A stretch of DNA of 36,462 bases from Nitrospiraceae bacterium (lineage in GTDB: Bacteria; Nitrospirota; Nitrospiria; Nitrospirales; UBA2166). The stretch's first letter is position 1. Every line of letters begins with the position of its first letter. Under the pieces are notes generated by a model. It did not search any database, was not told the origin of the DNA, and worked only from the letters and a program-made list of their open reading frames with translations. The DNA lies in assembly GCA_002726235.1 (NCBI GenBank), contig PBSN01000008.1, positions 128,088 through 164,549 on the forward strand, written 5' to 3'. This document shows, in pieces, positions 20,171 to 29,841 of this stretch. The translations under genes were made by a program, and so were the position numbers.

Positions 20171-20965
20171 GTGGGACGAATTCACTCGACATTTTCACAA
20201 CTTCGCGTGAAGAAGCAGAAAGCGCTTATCCCCTACCTGATGGCAGGCGATCCGTCGTTGGAGATGACGGAGGCGTTGGTACTTGAGATCGAACGTGCTG
20301 GTGCAGATATCGTGGAACTTGGAGTGCCGTTCTCTGATCCAATTGCTGATGGACCTGTCATTCAAGGGGCTGCCCAACGTTCGCTGAAGGCTGGAACATC
20401 GTTAAACAGTATCTTTCAACTTGTTCAGACACTTCGCACTCGCACACAGATTCCGTTAGTCCTGATGTGTTATTACAATTCAATATTGGCATGTGGAGAG
20501 AAACAGTTTTGTTCTACTGCTGTAGAAGCCGGAGTTGACGGGATCATCATCCCGGATCTTCCAGTCGAGGAGGGGAAGAGTTTGAGAAAGATGGCTCGGA
20601 TGTTGGGCTTGGATGTGATTCTTCTTCTTGCGCCTACCAGCACTGCTGAGCGTATCGGGAAAACTGTGAAGGATTCAAAAGGCTTTATCTATTACGTCTC
20701 ACTCACCGGCGTGACTGGTGCACAATTGATTCATAGTCGCGATATTGAAGAGAAAGTTCGGGAGATACGGCACGTTTCTAAATTGCCTGTTGCCGTTGGG
20801 TTTGGTATTTCAAGTCCCTCCGAGGCCGCCACTGTTGCCTCGTTTGCTGATGGGGTGATCGTTGGAAGTGCCCTCGTGAAGATTATTGCGGAACCTACTA
20901 CTCACTCTGCTGTGTTACGTCGAGTCAGTACCTTTGTTCATGACCTCAGGCAAGCGGTATGTTGA
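20171..20965 (+). CDS. trpA: Tryptophan synthase alpha subunit
   Basis: ELGVPFSDPIADGPVIQ, YYVSLTGVTG, VGFGIS, GVIVGSA. Confidence 0.98.
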   Translation: MGRIHSTFSQLRVKKQKALIPYLMAGDPSLEMTEALVLEIERAGADIVELGVPFSDPIADGPVIQGAAQRSLKAGTSLNSIFQLVQTLRTRTQIPLVLMCYYNSILACGEKQFCSTAVEAGVDGIIIPDLPVEEGKSLRKMARMLGLDVILLLAPTSTAERIGKTVKDSKGFIYYVSLTGVTGAQLIHSRDIEEKVREIRHVSKLPVAVGFGISSPSEAATVASFADGVIVGSALVKIIAEPTTHSAVLRRVSTFVHDLRQAVC

Positions 20966-20983
20966 AAATATCAGGAGAGTGAA

Positions 20984-23458
20984 GTGATGACGACCCAATA
21001 CGCCTCTGTGTTATCGCGATGTCTGCGCTTATATCTCGCCTTCATCCTCGTTAGTCTGCTGTGGCCATCTGCAGTTCTTAGTCAAAACGTTGCGGGGTCT
21101 GGGTTGTTTGGTCTTGGAACATCATCAGAGTCAGGAAGCAGTAGAAGCAGTAAAAGAGAGAGAATCGGAAGATCACCAAGATCCCAATCGGAAGACGATG
21201 AAGCCTCGTCGAACGACGCGAGGAGCGGTAAAACATTACAGAGAGGCGGGAAAGAGAAGGGATTGTCGTTGAGCAAAGATGCGAAAGAAGATAATGCCGC
21301 ACGGAAAGCGATCGAAGATGCTAACGACTTGCTTTTGCAAGCTGGAGACCTGAACCCTACTCTGGTGGACGGCAAACGCTTTCGTGATGTGAAGGAAACC
21401 ATTCGTGAAGCTGAAACTGCCTATGAAAGTGAGAATTTTTCTCTGGCCAGGCAGAAGGCTCTGGCTGCGAAGCGGACCATTGTCTCCCTAGTCCCAGAGC
21501 TAAGTCCAGAGGAAGCCATTGGGATGGCTACAAAAGAGACAGGCCCCTCAGTGATTGAGGCTAGTTTTGCTTCAGAAGAGGTTGATCCCGATATTTCTCG
21601 TCAGCTCACACAGTTTGGATATGATATTTTCGGTTCGCCAGCATCGACATTTGCTCCAGTATTAGACGTTCCGGTGGGGCCTGACTATACCCTGGGTCCA
21701 GACGACACTCTACGGATTTTGGTCTGGGGATTGGTTGATGGCGAGATAGAAGTCATGGTTGATCGGGAGGGTAAGATCTTTCTTCAGAATATTGGGACGA
21801 TTTTCGTGTGGGGGCTGACCTTTAAGGAGGCGAAAGCAGTCATAACGAAGCACTTGAGCCAGTTTTACCAGGAGTTTGAAGTGGATATTACTCTTGGGTC
21901 TCTGAGAACAATTAAGGTGTATGTGGTGGGAGATGTAGCGCAGCCTGGAGGATACTCCTTAAGTAGCCTGTCCACCGTGACCAATGCCTTGTATGCCGCT
22001 GGTGGTCCGAAGAAGTCAGGGTCCATGAGACAAGTAAGCCTAATCCGCGATGAAAAAGTTCAAGGGGTTGTTGATCTGTATGACTATTTATTGCTGGGAA
22101 ATAAGCGCAATGATTTTAGGTTGCAATCAGGGGATACCGTGTTCGTCCCTCCAATAGGTCCAGTTGTAGGTGTCGCAGGATTCATCAAGCGACCGGCTAT
22201 CTATGAACTCAATGAACCTATGAGGATCTTGGATGGTTTAAGTCTGGCGGGCGGGGTTTTGCCGATTGCATACTTGCGACAAATACAGGTGGAGCGAATT
22301 AAAAATCATCGCGAGAAGGTTCTTCTTGATCTTGATTTAACCGAGCAGCCATCAAAGGGTAAGGATTCAACGCAGAACGTGTTGCTACAGGATGGCGATT
22401 TCATCAAAGTGTTACCAATTTACTCACGAACATATGAGTCAGTGATGCTTGAGGGCTTTGTTAAACATCCAGGTAAATATGAACTCAGGCCTAAGATGCG
22501 TCTAAGCGAGTTTCTCCAGGTGGACGATATCGTTCCCGAGACCAACCTAAAGCGTGGGGAAGTGGTCCGAATGGATAAAGTGACCCTTCTCCATGAAATC
22601 ATTCCTTTTGTTCCACACCTTCTGTTTGAAGGGGATCGCTCTCAGGACTTTCGGCTACAACCGGAGGATAAGGTTATCCTATATTCTGAGTTCAAGGAGC
22701 CAGAAAAAATATCCTTGGGAGGCGAGTTTATGCGTCCCGGCGTCTATACCATCGAGGAGAGCGAACGACTATCTTCCGTGATTAGCAGGGCGGGCGGGTT
22801 TACGCGGCAAGCTTATCCGAAGGCTGGGGTGTTTTTGCGGGAGGCGATTAAAGAGCGACAAGAACAACAAATGACACGTATGACAAGTGTTCAAGCGCAG
22901 CGTATGGCCGTTCAGCAGGCGGCGTTAGCTGCGGGTGCGGTTGCGACGGGTATTGCTGCTGATGCATCTGCGGAGGGGATAGATTTAGCGGTTATGGGTG
23001 AGCAAATGGTACTGGAGGAGGCCGCGTTACAGGTTACGATGGGGCGCTTAGTGATTAACGTGACCGATTTAGACTCACTCGTAGGGTCCCCTGCCGATAT
23101 CCCTCTACAAGATGGGGACTCATATCATATTCCACAGACACCAGTTTCAGTGGCGGTGTTGGGAGCCGTGAAAAATCCGACTGCGGTATTGCATGCCGCT
23201 GGACATCTACTCCCGTATTATATTCAACGAGCCGGAGGATACACGAACGACGCTGACAAAGGTGAAATGTATATTCTTCGGGCCGACGGGGATGCGGTTT
23301 CAGGATCGATTAAACGATATCTGCTTGAACCGGGTGACGCGGTTGTAATCCCGCCGAGGATTAAAGCGAAGATTCAGCCCTTACCATTTTGGTCATCCTT
23401 ATTGACTATTGTTGGCAACGCAGCAATTGGCATTAGTGCCATGTTCCTCCTGTTCTGA
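20984..23458 (+). CDS. Polysaccharide export protein with multiple SLBB domains (Wza/KpsD-like)
   Basis: Signal peptide, FGYDIF, DYTLGPDD, VDREGKI, repeated G.V..PG.Y....A..AGG and LQDGD motifs. Confidence 0.9.
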   Translation: MMTTQYASVLSRCLRLYLAFILVSLLWPSAVLSQNVAGSGLFGLGTSSESGSSRSSKRERIGRSPRSQSEDDEASSNDARSGKTLQRGGKEKGLSLSKDAKEDNAARKAIEDANDLLLQAGDLNPTLVDGKRFRDVKETIREAETAYESENFSLARQKALAAKRTIVSLVPELSPEEAIGMATKETGPSVIEASFASEEVDPDISRQLTQFGYDIFGSPASTFAPVLDVPVGPDYTLGPDDTLRILVWGLVDGEIEVMVDREGKIFLQNIGTIFVWGLTFKEAKAVITKHLSQFYQEFEVDITLGSLRTIKVYVVGDVAQPGGYSLSSLSTVTNALYAAGGPKKSGSMRQVSLIRDEKVQGVVDLYDYLLLGNKRNDFRLQSGDTVFVPPIGPVVGVAGFIKRPAIYELNEPMRILDGLSLAGGVLPIAYLRQIQVERIKNHREKVLLDLDLTEQPSKGKDSTQNVLLQDGDFIKVLPIYSRTYESVMLEGFVKHPGKYELRPKMRLSEFLQVDDIVPETNLKRGEVVRMDKVTLLHEIIPFVPHLLFEGDRSQDFRLQPEDKVILYSEFKEPEKISLGGEFMRPGVYTIEESERLSSVISRAGGFTRQAYPKAGVFLREAIKERQEQQMTRMTSVQAQRMAVQQAALAAGAVATGIAADASAEGIDLAVMGEQMVLEEAALQVTMGRLVINVTDLDSLVGSPADIPLQDGDSYHIPQTPVSVAVLGAVKNPTAVLHAAGHLLPYYIQRAGGYTNDADKGEMYILRADGDAVSGSIKRYLLEPGDAVVIPPRIKAKIQPLPFWSSLLTIVGNAAIGISAMFLLF

Positions 23459-23471
23459 TGCAGATGCGATT

Positions 23472-24710
23472 ATGACTACCGGGACTGAGGGACCTCCTGA
23501 CAAGCATCTAGTGCATTCACTGCGTGCACCAGAAGTAATATATCCGTATGAGGATGAAGTCAGCTTCATCGACTATCTTAAGATTGTCTGGAAGTGGCGT
23601 TGGATGATTGTTGCCTTGTGTGTGTTTGCTATGTTTTCGGCGATGATACTGTCGATCAAGGCGCCAAGAGTTTATGAAGCTAAGGTTACAATGATGTTAC
23701 CTGCACAGACTGGGGGCGTTAATTTATCCGGTCTATTTGGGGGTGGCGGGGGTGGCTCTGTGCTTCAAATGCTCGGAGGTGGAGGAGATTCCTCTGCTTC
23801 CCAAATGGTCTTAGCATTATTGAGATCGCGGACAATGGCTGAAAAAATTGCCAAAGATTTTGACCTTGTGACCCGATTTGGAGTGACGACGATACAGAGT
23901 GCCGCTGGCCAATTGAAAGGCATGACGGAAATTGACAGTGAGAGTGGGATTATCTCGATTATCGTTGAATCTCAGGAGCCGAAATTATCTGCAGAGCTGG
24001 CTAATCACTATGTTGTTGTTTTGAACCGTATCAATCAGTCGATGAGTCTTACCGCCGCGAAACGAAACCGGATGTTTGTTGAGGAGCGTATGAACGACAA
24101 CTTCAGGGAGTTGAAGCGGACTGAGGACGACATTAAGAATTTCCAGCTGGCCAATATGTCAGTTTTTCTTGAGTCGCAAGTGGCTGGATCCATGGGCGAG
24201 GCCGAAGAGATTCAGAACAAAATCAACCTCCTTGAAATGGAGTTGAAGGTTCGCGGAGCATCTCTCCAGGCCGAGCATCCAGACCTTAGGAAGTTAGATA
24301 TTGAGTTGGAGTATTTGCAGAAAAGATTAAATAGCGTTGAGGTGGGGCCAACTGGGAAGGGGCTACTGCCTGGAAAACGGATATACCCTGCGTGGAGCAG
24401 TGTTCCTGACCTTTCGGTGCAGCTTAGGCATTACAATCGTGAGCTCGAAGTCAGAGAAGAAGTCTACATTCTTTTAGCGGGGCAGCTCGAACAGGCAAAA
24501 ATCGAGGAAATCAAGGATGACCCAACGGTTCAGGTTCTCGATTCTGCAATTGCTCCAACTGGGGCGAGTAACCGACCGACGGAACAAGTCGTGCTGGGCG
24601 CAGGCATCCTCGCATTCTTGCTTGGGGTGTTTCTTGCGTTTCTCGTTAACTCTATAGCTAACTTTCTAGCGCAGCAGGCGCAGCGCCAGAAAGGTACTGC
24701 GGTAGCATAG
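23472..24710 (+). CDS. Wzz/GumC-family polysaccharide co-polymerase without a kinase domain
   Basis: EDEVSFIDY...WKWRW, two TM helices, coiled coil, EHPD, QVLDSAIAP. Start trimmed to ATG 23472. Confidence 0.88.
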   Translation: MTTGTEGPPDKHLVHSLRAPEVIYPYEDEVSFIDYLKIVWKWRWMIVALCVFAMFSAMILSIKAPRVYEAKVTMMLPAQTGGVNLSGLFGGGGGGSVLQMLGGGGDSSASQMVLALLRSRTMAEKIAKDFDLVTRFGVTTIQSAAGQLKGMTEIDSESGIISIIVESQEPKLSAELANHYVVVLNRINQSMSLTAAKRNRMFVEERMNDNFRELKRTEDDIKNFQLANMSVFLESQVAGSMGEAEEIQNKINLLEMELKVRGASLQAEHPDLRKLDIELEYLQKRLNSVEVGPTGKGLLPGKRIYPAWSSVPDLSVQLRHYNRELEVREEVYILLAGQLEQAKIEEIKDDPTVQVLDSAIAPTGASNRPTEQVVLGAGILAFLLGVFLAFLVNSIANFLAQQAQRQKGTAVA

Positions 24711-25097
24711 TCATTGTGGTGCGGGGTGGGACGCAGTGATGACGCTTCGCATTCCACCGCGAACGGTGAATTCTCCCACAACGGTTGCTTGGGATGGATT
24801 ACAGGCCGCAACGACATCTTTGAGAACTCGATTGACGGCGTTTTCATAGAAGATGCCAAGGTTTCGGTATGAATGAATATAGGCTTTGAGCGATTTGAGT
24901 TCGAGGCAGAGACGATCTGGAATGTAAGTGATGGTGAGAGTCCCGAAGTCAGGGAGGCCAGTACGTGGACAAATTGAAGTGTATTCTGGAATTGAAATGG
25001 CAATCTCGTATGCGGAAAACTGATTGGGCCATGTGTCAATAGTTGGCAGAGGAGAGGCAATGCCGCTTTCGGCATGCTTGTCCGTGTAAGTCGTCAC
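24711..25097 (-). CDS. queF: NADPH-dependent 7-cyano-7-deazaguanine reductase (unimodular QueF)
   Basis: EYTSICPRTGLPDFG, QueF motif ELKSLK, RGG. GTG 25097 forms a GTGA overlap with the upstream stop; alternative ATG 25112. Confidence 0.93.
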   Translation of the reverse strand: MTTYTDKHAESGIASPLPTIDTWPNQFSAYEIAISIPEYTSICPRTGLPDFGTLTITYIPDRLCLELKSLKAYIHSYRNLGIFYENAVNRVLKDVVAACNPSQATVVGEFTVRGGMRSVITASHPAPQ

Positions 25098-25318
25098 ACC
25101 TGTCGCATCCATTCAAGCCTTCCTATCTTCTCCAGTTCACTATACATGGTGAACCAAGGGCATGTCATTGTGGGGTAAACCTCACAGAATCCGCCTGCGC
25201 GCACTCCACCACATGGACCATGACTCATGAATTTTGGGCACTCCTCGTTTGCCGCCGGATCAGGCATCTGTGGCCGTAGATGAACGCCGTGTGTTTTTGG
25301 AAGGTAGCGTATGGACAT
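25094..25318 (-). CDS. Stand-alone MTHFR C-terminal (MetV-like) Cys-motif mini-protein
   Basis: CPKFMSHGPCGG......CEV.....CPW...Y..L...GRL. Start set at ATG 25318, downstream of a minus-strand TATAAT at 25366-25361. Confidence 0.75.
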   Translation of the reverse strand: MSIRYLPKTHGVHLRPQMPDPAANEECPKFMSHGPCGGVRAGGFCEVYPTMTCPWFTMYSELEKIGRLEWMRQV

Positions 25319-25508
25319 CGTTACTTCGATCGCATAAATCATCACCGTCGTGTTTTCAGGATTATAGCTGGCATCTATAGCAGTGGAAAGTCCCATGTAG
25401 ATGCTCACCAAAAAGTTATTTTGGCATAGGGCTTTTGGGGGATTCCTGAGGCGTCTATTTCTAAATGAAATTGGGGTAAATAACAACACATATTGGGGCG
25501 AATTCGGT

Positions 25509-25538
25509 TTGACACTTTTGGAATCCCTTTGATAGAGT
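25509..25538 (+). promoter_or_regulatory. Putative sigma70 promoter of the for operon
   Basis: TTGACA-N18-TAGAGT with a TGn extension. Confidence 0.55.
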
Positions 25539-25655
25539 GCTTGCTGTGCTTTGAAGTGGCAGTGTATGTATATTGGGGTACGGATGGATCACGATAACAC
25601 TCGGCTAGGTGTTGCAATCAAGAGCTGAGTGTTTCGTTTTTTGGAGGATAGAAAA

Positions 25656-26543
25656 ATGAGTCTTGAGTATGTCAAGTTCACTCCAGGGTTTGCGAAGTTT
25701 ATGCCGAAAGAATATCGGGACATGGTCGACCATGGTCCGTTTGGAAGGAAAACAACGGTCGCTCAGACGGGGCAGTTCAAGGAGATTCTTGAAGAGCATC
25801 CAATGTGTGCGGGATGTGCCATGACGCTATTCATCCGACTGGCCTTCATTGCATTGCCCAATCCTGAAGACACTGTTATGGTCGGGACAGCTGGTTGTGG
25901 CCGTCTCGCGATATCCCAAGCAGCCATTCAATTTGTATACGGCAACTATGGGGATACCAATGCCGTTGCATCCGGGTTGACTCGCGGTCTTAAACTCAGG
26001 TTTGGAGATAAACCGAAGGATGTTGTGGTCATGGCTGGCGATGGCGGACTAGCCGATATTGGGTTTGGAAACACGCTCCATTCTTGGTTTAGGAAGGAAA
26101 AGTTTACGACGGTTATGCTTGATAATGAGATCTATGGGAATACCGGTGGGCAAGAGAGTGGTATGACGAATAAAGGCCAGGTGTTAAAAATGGCGCCACT
26201 AGGGAAAAAGTTTGAGAAAATGGATATGCTGGGTATGGCAAAGGTTGCGGGGTGTGCGTACGTCGCTTCCGTCATCCCCAATAATCCAAAACGAGTGGAG
26301 AGCGTGATAAAGAAAGCTGTTTTGGTTGCGCGTGAAGTTGGACCGACCTACATTCAAGCGTATACCTCCTGCAATATTGAATACGGTATTCCAACCGAGC
26401 AGGTGATGCAGGATGCCAAGGATGTTGAAAAAGAGCGATATGCATTTTCGGAGTATATTACCGATGACGCAAAAGAATATTTGGCAACTCAGCATGGCTA
26501 CAAACAATATCTTCCGAAGCCAGCACCTGCCAGTGTGAGTTGA
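25656..26543 (+). CDS. forB: 2-oxoglutarate:ferredoxin oxidoreductase beta subunit (For type)
   Basis: HPMCAGC, GTAGC, TPP motif GDGG...DNEIYGNTGGQ; ATG 25656 after GGAGG. Confidence 0.88.
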   Translation: MSLEYVKFTPGFAKFMPKEYRDMVDHGPFGRKTTVAQTGQFKEILEEHPMCAGCAMTLFIRLAFIALPNPEDTVMVGTAGCGRLAISQAAIQFVYGNYGDTNAVASGLTRGLKLRFGDKPKDVVVMAGDGGLADIGFGNTLHSWFRKEKFTTVMLDNEIYGNTGGQESGMTNKGQVLKMAPLGKKFEKMDMLGMAKVAGCAYVASVIPNNPKRVESVIKKAVLVAREVGPTYIQAYTSCNIEYGIPTEQVMQDAKDVEKERYAFSEYITDDAKEYLATQHGYKQYLPKPAPASVS

Positions 26544-26593
26544 CGAACACATGAGTGAGTCTGAAAGAGATAGGTATGTAAGCGAGGGATCTG

Positions 26594-27298
26594 ATGGCAA
26601 AACGGTTTAATATTCGCATGGCGGGTCTCGGAGGGCAGGGCGTCGTCACTGCCTCCCATATTTTCAGTACAGCTGTTCTCGGATTCGGTGGTGAAAGCAC
26701 CATTGTCCCATTCTATGGATCAGAAAAACGGATGGCTCCAGTTGAGAGTTATGTGCGGGTTTCGAATGAACCGATTTATGAGATTGGGGAAATTACCTTT
26801 CCTCACATCATTATGATTTTTCATCCCCAGGTGATCACGCACGGCAAGTCATATACCATGCCGTTCTACTTTGGGCTGAAACAGGATGGCGTGTGTTTGA
26901 TCAACGCCGATGCTCCCATGTCTCTTCCGCCCGACGAGACACGGGAACTTAAGGAAAAAAATATCAGCTTGTATTACATCCCAGCCTATACCATGGCGCT
27001 GGATGTTGCTGGGACGGATTTGGCCACCAATATGGCAATGGTTGGTGCGATCGGTGCGATTACAGGGCTTGCAGACCTTGACTCTATGGCGGAGGCTGTG
27101 AAAGAGCGGTTTCTTGGGAAAGGTTTCGTGGTATCTGGAGGCACCGCTGCTCTTGACAGTGTCGTCGAAAAGAAGTTCAAGAAAAAGCAGGACTTGATTG
27201 ATAAAAACATTGATGTTCTCAGAGCCGCGTATCAGTACGCTGATGAGCATGGTTGGAGGCCGGAAGGCGTGCAACAGCCAACGAAAGCTCTCGCATAG
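26594..27298 (+). CDS. forC: 2-oxoglutarate:ferredoxin oxidoreductase gamma subunit
   Basis: IRMAGLGGQGVVT, PFYGSEKRMAPV, NMAMVGA. Confidence 0.88.
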   Translation: MAKRFNIRMAGLGGQGVVTASHIFSTAVLGFGGESTIVPFYGSEKRMAPVESYVRVSNEPIYEIGEITFPHIIMIFHPQVITHGKSYTMPFYFGLKQDGVCLINADAPMSLPPDETRELKEKNISLYYIPAYTMALDVAGTDLATNMAMVGAIGAITGLADLDSMAEAVKERFLGKGFVVSGGTAALDSVVEKKFKKKQDLIDKNIDVLRAAYQYADEHGWRPEGVQQPTKALA

Positions 27299-27308
27299 GA
27301 GCAATGAA

Positions 27309-27638
27309 ATGTATCTTGTCGCAGACATAGATCAGGATATTTGTTCGGGTACTAGCTGTAAGTTGTGTACACAATATTGCCCTGAGGCCAATACGATTCA
27401 GTATGACGAGGGGCTTGGTGCGGAAGGTTCGAAGTATGGTTCTGCCTACGTGTCTGTGGATCGCTGTAAGGGGTGTGCGATTTGTGTGTGGGTCTGTGAC
27501 ACCATGGCAAAACACCATGCGATTAAGCTAGAGATGATTGATAAAATACCAGAAATTGCCACGACACTTGGGATGCAGTACACCGCAACTGGGGTGGTTG
27601 CCGAGAGAATAAAATCTGAAGTTCTGTCCGAGGGTTAA
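27309..27638 (+). CDS. forE: Ferredoxin-like epsilon subunit of the oxidoreductase
   Basis: C....CKLCTQYCP and CKGCAICVWVC 4Fe-4S motifs; ATG 27309 after AGGAG. Confidence 0.82.
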   Translation: MYLVADIDQDICSGTSCKLCTQYCPEANTIQYDEGLGAEGSKYGSAYVSVDRCKGCAICVWVCDTMAKHHAIKLEMIDKIPEIATTLGMQYTATGVVAERIKSEVLSEG

Positions 27639-27640
27639 TT

Positions 27641-28930
27641 ATGACTGAAAAGCGAGAAGGCGAGGCGAAAACGAATCCACAAGGTGATCCCGTTACAAGT
27701 GTTGTTGCTGAGGGGAAGATTGATCCTCATGGGGAGGCAAAACAACAGAGGGTCGTCACGCCCCATCACATGTTTTTTGAGGCGGAACGGAAACGTGAGT
27801 TTATTACTGGAAGTGAAGCTGCCAAAGAGGCTGTTCGACGTTCCAATATTGACTTTTCAGTAGCGTATCCCATCACGCCGCAAAGCGAGACGATGCAATT
27901 GGTTGGCGTGCTGTATGGTGAAGGATACATCAAAGATTACTACCGTGGAGAAGAGGAATATGGGGTCATGTCGGCGATGGCGGGAGCATCACGGGCCGGT
28001 GTCAGATGTTTTACCGCGACCGCAGGCCCTGGCACCATCAGAGGGCTTGAGCCAATCGTTTCCTGGCCAGGGCATCGCTTGCCGGCAGTTGCGATGTTCA
28101 CCTGTCGTGTCGTCAATGCGCCTCTTGCAATTCAGCCTGATAATGTTGAAATTGCCTACCTGTTGAATTGTGGGATGATTGTGTTTCATGCGGAGAATCA
28201 AAACGATCTTTTTAACTACATAATGAAGGGTTTTATTATTGGCGAGCACAATGAAATTACGCTTCCGGTTGGCGTGTGCTGTGATGGATTTTTCGTCACG
28301 CATGCTCGTGGCTATGTGTATACGACGCCGCGGGAATTAAAACTGCCGCCACGGGATCCCTATGGAGGTGCGGTTCCTGTACTGGATGCCGAAAACCCTC
28401 CGGCGCGTCTTTCGCGCGATGCTCCTGTTCAGAAGAGTAACTTTATGGCGTATAACATCCACGCAGTGTGGCAACAGGAGATATGGGCCGCCGTCGAACG
28501 ATCGAGAAAGTATATTCACCGCTACATGGGTGGTCTCATCGAAACCGAGAATGAAGATAGAGATATACTCTTTATTGCCTCGGGAAGTGCTGCGGCGCAA
28601 TCTCGAGAGGCCGTCAGGTTGTGTGCTGAGGAAGGGATTGAGACTGGTTTTGTGAAGATCGCGTCGTTGCGTCCGTTCCCAACTGAAGAACTCAGGAAAA
28701 TCTGTAAACATACGAAGATCATTGTCGTTCCGGAGTTCAACTATATTGGCTGGCTGGCCAAGGATATCGCTGCTGCGATTAGTGGCTACTCTGATGCCAA
28801 GGTTATCTACGGGCCGCATGTCTATGGTGGCATGTCGATGCCGGTAGAAATGATTCGCGATGAGGTTGTGAGGGCACTAAAAGAGAAGTCAACGATTATT
28901 GTTTCCAAGGCAAAGATGACGAAGAAATAG
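27641..28930 (+). CDS. forA: 2-oxoglutarate:ferredoxin oxidoreductase alpha subunit
   Basis: GSEAA, AYPITPQSE, TATAGPG, DGFFVTH, LRPFP, GPHVYGG. Confidence 0.88.
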   Translation: MTEKREGEAKTNPQGDPVTSVVAEGKIDPHGEAKQQRVVTPHHMFFEAERKREFITGSEAAKEAVRRSNIDFSVAYPITPQSETMQLVGVLYGEGYIKDYYRGEEEYGVMSAMAGASRAGVRCFTATAGPGTIRGLEPIVSWPGHRLPAVAMFTCRVVNAPLAIQPDNVEIAYLLNCGMIVFHAENQNDLFNYIMKGFIIGEHNEITLPVGVCCDGFFVTHARGYVYTTPRELKLPPRDPYGGAVPVLDAENPPARLSRDAPVQKSNFMAYNIHAVWQQEIWAAVERSRKYIHRYMGGLIETENEDRDILFIASGSAAAQSREAVRLCAEEGIETGFVKIASLRPFPTEELRKICKHTKIIVVPEFNYIGWLAKDIAAAISGYSDAKVIYGPHVYGGMSMPVEMIRDEVVRALKEKSTIIVSKAKMTKK

Positions 28931-28992
28931 TTAGTCCAACGGCTGTCGGGCACTTTATGCAAAACAGTTAAGCTAGTAAATATTCTCCTACT

Positions 28993-29035
28993 AAAAAATG
29001 AGCCCATCCGTTAGTTTTCGGGTGGGCTCATTTTT
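28993..29035. terminator. Bidirectional Rho-independent terminator
   Basis: AAAAAATGAGCCCATCCG-TTAGTTTT-CGGGTGGGCTCATTTTT between convergent genes. Confidence 0.9.
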
Positions 29036-29062
29036 GTTGAGAACTGAGAGCAGTGTGTTTTT

Positions 29063-29431
29063 TTACTCGTATGCCTCCATTGCCGCGCGTTCGACAAATG
29101 AATGCGTACAGTGTGAACATGTGACAAGGTAGTACGAATCTCTGACGGAGGACTGCACCCGGCAGTGGAGTGTAGCCCCAAGTTTTTCGCATATCGGGCA
29201 TGTAACTGATTTAAACCATCCTATCATGTCCGGCTGGCTTTCTAGATATAGAGCGACATCTGTGTAGAGTGGAAATGAGTATCGGCATTTCCGGCATTGG
29301 ACTTTGTGTATATCGCCGCTTTGATCGGTGCGAGGGTCAACATGAAATGAATGTTCAGCGCAGATTGGACAGGAAATATCGTGTAAGCGCGATTCGATAT
29401 CTTTGATATTGCGTGAATTCAACTCGCACAC
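29063..29431 (-). CDS. Hypothetical double zinc-ribbon protein
   Basis: CPIC...CRKC and CPIC...CSHC. Start is GTG 29431 or TTG 29422. Confidence 0.8.
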   Translation of the reverse strand: MCELNSRNIKDIESRLHDISCPICAEHSFHVDPRTDQSGDIHKVQCRKCRYSFPLYTDVALYLESQPDMIGWFKSVTCPICEKLGATLHCRVQSSVRDSYYLVTCSHCTHSFVERAAMEAYE

Positions 29432-29514
29432 TCTACAGTGGGGGAAGGGGGGAAGCTTACAGTATCACTGCGGCGTGATCTCACCAACCCAAGGAAGAAG
29501 AGCCCTTCAAAGGG

Positions 29515-29668
29515 TATACGCAACTGGTCCAAGAGGAACGGGACGAGATTTACATGCTGCAAAGCTTCGGATGTTATTGGATCAGGATTGCCAAAATGCT
29601 GGCCCACACAACCCCCTCATCTATCGGCCGTGAGATTCGGCAGAATCATGGGTTTGCGAGGGTATCGG
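29515..29668 (+). pseudogene. IS30-family transposase N-terminal HTH remnant
   Basis: Manual translation YTQLVQEERDEIYMLQSFGCYWIRIAKMLAHTTPSSIGREIRQNHG, then a +1 shift to LRGYR. No start codon at the expected position and no DDE domain. Confidence 0.75.
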
Positions 29669-29841
29669 CTTCGGTAGGGCTCTCTGAAATCCGTAAATTC
29701 TAGGGGAAGGTCTCAAATAATCCATGCTGGTTTGTGGTATAGGAGTCCGTCTCACAATCAAATCTCAGAGTCGCTATTTTCCTTCGTGCGAGGGGAATGG
29801 TTCCGATACTTCATTTTCAGTGTTCCTGCATTGTTCCGCTA

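Noticed and set aside
23739..23785. GGN-rich runs in the Wzz gene
   Set aside because: They encode a Gly linker common in this family, not a contingency repeat.
25319..25489. preQ1 riboswitch upstream of queF, and the long N-terminal extension of ORF 25094-25489
   Set aside because: No preQ1-like stem with an A-rich tail; the stretch contains a TATAAT and looks like promoter DNA.
29403..29677. ORFs 29403-29633, 29419-29607 and 29438-29677
   Set aside because: Chance frames across the IS30 scar; only the final GLRGYR of 29438-29677 reflects the transposase.
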